This document shows positions 59,554 through 64,000 of a stretch of DNA of 64,000 nt, piece after piece. This stretch comes from Polyangiaceae bacterium. Lineage in GTDB: Bacteria > Myxococcota_A > Polyangia > Polyangiales > Polyangiaceae. Position numbers and translations under genes: made by a program. The first letter of the stretch is position 1; every line of letters begins with the position of its first letter. The notes under the pieces are model-generated. The model did no database searches. It was not told the origin of the DNA and was given only the letters and a program-made list of their open reading frames with translations. Where the stretch lies: contig JBNKBE010000008.1 in the NCBI GenBank assembly GCA_050287085.1, forward strand, positions 169,448-233,447, in the 5' to 3' direction.

Positions 59554-60696
59554 TCAGCGCTGCAGCAGCTGACGGGCGATCACCAGTCGCTGAATCTGGC
59601 TGGTCCCTTCATAGATCTGTAAGAGCTTGGCGTCCCGCAGCAGCTTTTCTACCGGGTAGTCGCGTACGTAGCCGTTGCCCCCAAAGATCTGAACGGCGTC
59701 TATTGCCACCTGCATCGCGCAGTCTGCTCCGTAGGCCTTGGCGATGGCGGAATCCAGGGGATCCGCAGCGCCCTGATCGAGTTGCCACGCGGCCCGCTGA
59801 TACAATAGTCGAGTGCTTTGCGTGCGGATAGCCATGTCCGCAAGCATGCCTTGCACGAGCTGGTGCTCCGCGATGGGCACGCCAAAGGTCTTGCGCTCTT
59901 TTGCGTAGGCTATTGACTCATCGAGGCCGCGTTGCATCAAGCCGGTCGCCATCGCCGCGATATCCGGGCGCGTCTGATTGAACGTGGCCATCGCGAGCTT
60001 GAAGCCGTGGCCCGCCGGGGCGAGTAGATTTTTTTTCGGAACCACCACGTCTTCGAGAAAGACGGAGGCAGTGTCCGAAGCGCGTTGTCCAAGTTTGTCT
60101 TCGTGGGGCCCGACCCTCAACCCAGGGCTATCCCGCTCGACGATGAAGGCGGCGATTCCTCGATGCCGCGCCGCGGGATCCTCGGTCGCAAAAACGACAT
60201 AGAAGTTGGCGTGATTGGCATTGGTGATCCAGCACTTTTCTCCCCGCAGAACAAAGTCGTCCCCGCGCCTTTCGAAGCGGGTCTGCAATGCCGCGACGTC
60301 GCTGCCTGCCCCGGGTTCGGTGGTGCAGTAGCTGCAGAGCAGTGGCTCCTGCGCTAGCCGGCCAAGGTACTCACGCTTCTGTTCTTCGCTTCCGGCGAGC
60401 TTGATCGGAGTGAAGGCCAAGGTATTGGCCATCAAGCTGCATTGGATCCCGGTGCAGCCGAAGGAGAGTTCCTCTCCGATCAGAGCTCCGTCGAGGTGAC
60501 TGAGACCCGCGCCGCCATAGCTTTCGGGAAGCGTGGGATTGACGAGCCCGAGCTCCCACGCCTGCCGCATCACGTCGAGGGGAAAACGAGCCTCCCGATC
60601 ACAACTGGCGGCGATGGGTACTATGACCTCGCGCGCGAAGCGCCGTGCCTCAGCTTTGAGTGCGCTCTGTTCTTCCGAGTAGTCGAAGTTCAGCAT
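59554..60696 (-). CDS. Acyl-CoA dehydrogenase
   Basis: [47 protein letters not shown]. Confidence 0.95.
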   Translation of the reverse strand: MLNFDYSEEQSALKAEARRFAREVIVPIAASCDREARFPLDVMRQAWELGLVNPTLPESYGGAGLSHLDGALIGEELSFGCTGIQCSLMANTLAFTPIKLAGSEEQKREYLGRLAQEPLLCSYCTTEPGAGSDVAALQTRFERRGDDFVLRGEKCWITNANHANFYVVFATEDPAARHRGIAAFIVERDSPGLRVGPHEDKLGQRASDTASVFLEDVVVPKKNLLAPAGHGFKLAMATFNQTRPDIAAMATGLMQRGLDESIAYAKERKTFGVPIAEHQLVQGMLADMAIRTQSTRLLYQRAAWQLDQGAADPLDSAIAKAYGADCAMQVAIDAVQIFGGNGYVRDYPVEKLLRDAKLLQIYEGTSQIQRLVIARQLLQR

Positions 60697-60848
60697 GGAT
60701 CTCCGTTTGTGGGGCTTCTGGGGCCGCAGGGGCCAATCAGGCTAGCACAAGGACACGTGAGAGTCCGCGCGCCGCTGAGGGAGCAGGACGCCGTTCGAGC
60801 TCGAAGGGCGGCGTCGCTCGGGGGACGCGGGAGCCGCGCCCCGGAAAG

Positions 60849-61793
60849 CTAGCTCGCTTCGGAGCAGACCTCTGACTCTTCGCGTGGCCCTGCGCGCCTA
60901 GGTGAAGCGCCGAATGGCGCAGTTCGCTCCGCTTCGCCCACCCGTCGAAGGGCCAGCTCGCAGGCGAGCGGGTTGAGGTCGCAGCCGCTGACCCTGCGCC
61001 CAAGCCGGGCGGCGACCGCGACGGTGGTGCCAGAGCCACACATCGGATCGAGGACCGCGTCGCCGGGATGGGTGGCGCCCCGTATGATCCGCTCCAAGAG
61101 TCGCTCGGGCTTCTGCGTCGGGTAGCCCGTCGTTTCGTGTCGCAGCGGCGTGTTGGCGGTCATGGCGGGACAGTCGCTCCACACACTGCCAATGCTCCGC
61201 CCCTCATCGGCGTAGTAGCGATACGCCTTGCCGTTGATGCGGCGCTCTCGGTAGCGTCGCCCTTGCGAATCCGTATGCGTGAAGTGCATGCGCTGGCTCG
61301 TTTCCGCGTAGGCTTCGCGCAGCATCGGGTCGGTCCCGTTCCAGGTCATGCGTTCACCTCGACGGTAGATGAGAATCGTCTGATGCGTTGTGCTGGGACC
61401 TGCACGGCGCTTTCCGCCGTTGCCTGGAACCCAGATCACCTCGCCCTCGAATTGACGCCGTCCCAGGATGTCATCGAGCATGACCTTGACGTCATGCACC
61501 GCCCGGTGATCGAGGTGCACCCACAGCGATCCGGTGGCATCCAGCGCTTCGCTCAGGACCTGGAGTCGAGGTCGAAGCATGTCCAAGAATTGGTCCAGCC
61601 CCCCCCAGAAGTCTTCGTAGGCTCGCACTCCAGCTGAGCGGGCGCCCTCCTTGATACGGGCGCGCCGGACGCCTCCCGCGTTGAAGGGTGGGTCGACGTA
61701 GATCAACTTGAACGGTCCCGCCTCAGAGCGAAGCTGGGGAACCAGTTCGAGGCAATCACCCTGACGAATACGCGGAACTGAGCTCGGACGCAT
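60849..61793 (-). CDS. Orphan N4/N6 DNA methyltransferase (beta class)
   Basis: Motif IV IYVDPPF in the N-terminal part, YPTQKPERLLERII, motif I LDPMCGSGTT in the C-terminal part. Confidence 0.9.
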   Translation of the reverse strand: MRPSSVPRIRQGDCLELVPQLRSEAGPFKLIYVDPPFNAGGVRRARIKEGARSAGVRAYEDFWGGLDQFLDMLRPRLQVLSEALDATGSLWVHLDHRAVHDVKVMLDDILGRRQFEGEVIWVPGNGGKRRAGPSTTHQTILIYRRGERMTWNGTDPMLREAYAETSQRMHFTHTDSQGRRYRERRINGKAYRYYADEGRSIGSVWSDCPAMTANTPLRHETTGYPTQKPERLLERIIRGATHPGDAVLDPMCGSGTTVAVAARLGRRVSGCDLNPLACELALRRVGEAERTAPFGASPRRAGPREESEVCSEAS

Positions 61794-62616
61794 CTTCCCC
61801 TCCTACGAGGAGCGGGTCGTCCTGGGCAATTTCTTGCAGATCCGCGTCGCTCAGATGCAGCGCGGGGAGGGGGGTGAGCCAGGGCCAATGAGGCCCTCCG
61901 CCTTCGCATCCGCTCAGAGCCGTTTCCGGAGTACATGCGATGCGCAGATGAATGTGGTCGTCGTGAGGCAGGCTGTCTCCGGGCTGCAGAAGAACCGTTT
62001 CTGCTCGCCAGATCAGAGCGTCGGGCTCGCCCCTCGCCCGAGCGTAGTCGATGAGCAGAGCTTCGACAGGCGTGGAGCAGAACAACCACTGGATGTCGAC
62101 CTGATCGGATTTCAGAAAAGCCTTCAAGACCGCCCATTGCCGCGGCAGATCGAGCGCGTAGTAGCGCCCGCTGTACGGATCCCACGTCAGACCGTCTTCT
62201 CCCACGTGCAGGAAGCCTCGCGTGCGAATTGGGCGTCCGTCGAGGCTGCGCAAGAACCACAACAGGTCGACGTCGCGTCCGCTGCGATGGGAGTTGTGGC
62301 GCGGCACTTTGCCCCCTTCGCGGGCCGAAAGGTCCCCTATCATCAGCGGCTCTCCTCCGGGCCATTCTCGCCTGACGGCGTCGGCGGCTTGGCCGATGGC
62401 GGCCACCAGCGCCGGCTGTCCCCAATACGCACTTCCGACCGGCCTGAATCGCTCAAAAGACGCAGTCTCTCGGGGCAGTTCTACGGCGTCTGTTTGAACC
62501 CCAAGATGAGGCATCCCAACGGAGCCGCGAAAGCCGGGGGTGAGTGGTGATGGTGTATTGGTGCAGGCGACGAGTGCCCCCGCGCCCAGGGAGGCGAAGA
62601 TCGGTTGCAGCCTCAC
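61756..62616 (-). CDS. mepA: Penicillin-insensitive murein endopeptidase (MepA family), probable lipoprotein
   Basis: Lipobox LVAC; WG.P.LV, IGDLSAREGG, HNSHRSGRDVD, HDDHIHLR. Confidence 0.88.
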   Translation of the reverse strand: MRLQPIFASLGAGALVACTNTPSPLTPGFRGSVGMPHLGVQTDAVELPRETASFERFRPVGSAYWGQPALVAAIGQAADAVRREWPGGEPLMIGDLSAREGGKVPRHNSHRSGRDVDLLWFLRSLDGRPIRTRGFLHVGEDGLTWDPYSGRYYALDLPRQWAVLKAFLKSDQVDIQWLFCSTPVEALLIDYARARGEPDALIWRAETVLLQPGDSLPHDDHIHLRIACTPETALSGCEGGGPHWPWLTPLPALHLSDADLQEIAQDDPLLVGGEDASELSSAYSSG

Positions 62617-62618
62617 GG

Positions 62619-64000
62619 CTAGATGATCTCCGACTCGGCTAGCGCGGCCTGAAGCTCGGCTCGCAGAAGTCCGCCTCGTTCATCCGTCAGTGCCCCATCG
62701 GGAACTACGTAGCTTCCCTTCTCCAGCCGGATGAGGCCCAGCCCTTGAAATGCGAGCAATGCATTCTGGGCCAGCGCTTTGGTAACCGCCTCGGGACGCT
62801 CCAATTCACCGGAGCCGAGCATTCGGCGACCGAGTGCCATGATCTCTTTGGCCGCATCCTTCTCCGCAGGTGCTGTCTCCTCGAAGCGAGATAGGGCGAG
62901 CAGTGCGACCCAATAGGCTTCGACAAAGTTCTTGACGGACGAACGCAGTAGACGCACCCAGCGTGAAGCAGCCCAGCCATCCGCACCCTCGCCCAAAGAT
63001 AGGGTGCCGTCGGGCGCTCGCCGCAAGATGTTGTAGTCTTGAAGTCGCTGCAGCGCCTTGAAGGCGGTGTCGCTCGGATCACTACCGAGACGAAACTCGT
63101 GGCGGAAGAGCTGAAACCAGCGGAGCGCCGTGGCCAATACTTCGGTCTCTTGACTCGTACACTCCGGATCGCGGGGGAGCGCGAGTGCGAGCAGCGCTTC
63201 AGGGGCAAGAAAGTGCAGGAGCATGTTCTTTGAGGTGTCGAGCTCCAGGCGCTTGGCGGGTGCCACAGAATAACGACGATCCAGCTCTATGGGCGAGCCC
63301 AGTGCCGGACGACGCGAGCTCTCTACGTGCAACATGCCGGCGGCGACGAACATCTCCGCGGCTTCGCGAAGCGCCTCAGGCCGAAGCCTACGCTGAGCGT
63401 CCACGAGAGCCGGACTGGTGCGTACGCCACGCTGGGCTAGCAGCCAGTAAAGCCTCGCGCTGAGCGTTTCGAGTTGAGTCTGGGTGAGGGCACTGCGGGA
63501 GTGGCTGAGCACAGCAAGTGCAGTGAGAGCGCCGGGCGTAGCGGACGTCACTCGGTTGATCTCGTCCATGACGCGATCGGCCAGGGCGCGAACCACCGTT
63601 CGCTGTCGCTTGGGAGTCAGCGAGCCCGAGTAACCGAGCTCAGCGGCGATCCCCGTGACGGTTTGGGGCTCGCCGAACTGCAGGTTCATTCGCCCGTATC
63701 GATGCCGCAGGATTCGGGTTGCGCCAATCAGCCCGGAAGCGTCCTCTTGAACCTTCTCTCCGCCGGACAACTCCCGTTGATGGGCGGCGGTTTCGATGAT
63801 GCGTTCATACCCGATGCTGATGGGCACGAAGTAGACAGGGCGCTCGGGCGTATCAAGGGTGGCATTGACGACCATGCTGAGCAGTCCCAGCTTCGGTTCC
63901 AAGAGCTTCCCGGTTCGGCTGCGGCCTCCTTCCAGGAATACCTCGATGGCGTAGCCTCGTTGGAGCAGGTGTTTGACGTAGGCGTCCACCACAGCGGCGT
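62619..64000 (-). CDS. plsB: Glycerol-3-phosphate acyltransferase (5' part outside the window)
   Basis: FLEGGRSRTGKLLEPKLGLLSM, VPISIGYERIIE, ELSGGEK..E. Confidence 0.88.
   Translation of the reverse strand, partial: AAVVDAYVKHLLQRGYAIEVFLEGGRSRTGKLLEPKLGLLSMVVNATLDTPERPVYFVPISIGYERIIETAAHQRELSGGEKVQEDASGLIGATRILRHRYGRMNLQFGEPQTVTGIAAELGYSGSLTPKRQRTVVRALADRVMDEINRVTSATPGALTALAVLSHSRSALTQTQLETLSARLYWLLAQRGVRTSPALVDAQRRLRPEALREAAEMFVAAGMLHVESSRRPALGSPIELDRRYSVAPAKRLELDTSKNMLLHFLAPEALLALALPRDPECTSQETEVLATALRWFQLFRHEFRLGSDPSDTAFKALQRLQDYNILRRAPDGTLSLGEGADGWAASRWVRLLRSSVKNFVEAYWVALLALSRFEETAPAEKDAAKEIMALGRRMLGSGELERPEAVTKALAQNALLAFQGLGLIRLEKGSYVVPDGALTDERGGLLRAELQAALAESEII

Overview
GC-rich (by eye about 65%), densely coding bacterial chromosome segment. 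Gene content points to Myxococcota, most likely Polyangiaceae/Sorangiineae (AgmK/AgmX-like gliding-type proteins, TIGR04552, DUF4388, eukaryote-like Ser/Thr kinases, Cys-rich lipoproteins); this is inference. Most of it is core genome: rsfS-rlmH, tatBC, ccmCD, tolC-like, deaD, ispB, panD, mtnP-gmk-yicC, dnaE, tRNA-Lys(UUU), thiL, nrdJ, an M16 peptidase pair, acyl-CoA dehydrogenase, mepA and plsB. I saw no integrase, transposase, prophage or CRISPR array. The best candidate for an undescribed system is at 1.2-12.5 kb. There an orphan type III secretion SctJ/FliF-type ring lipoprotein overlaps the first gene of an MCE/Mla ABC operon by 4 nt. The two ATPases of that operon have complementary degenerate motifs, predicting an asymmetric heterodimer. 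The operon lies downstream of a pseudokinase-GYF-TM-TonB_C protein and a divergent giant TPR gene. Other notable items: a RelA/SpoT-synthetase-like TIGR04552 gene upstream of yicC-gmk; tandem NrdR boxes, DnaA-box-like motifs and a long structured leader upstream of nrdJ; a likely catalytically dead TPR-zincin; a cytochrome c lipoprotein with no in-frame start codon; an orphan DNA methyltransferase; and 18-20 bp tandem repeats at gene ends. All family calls come from visual motif recognition, not database searches.
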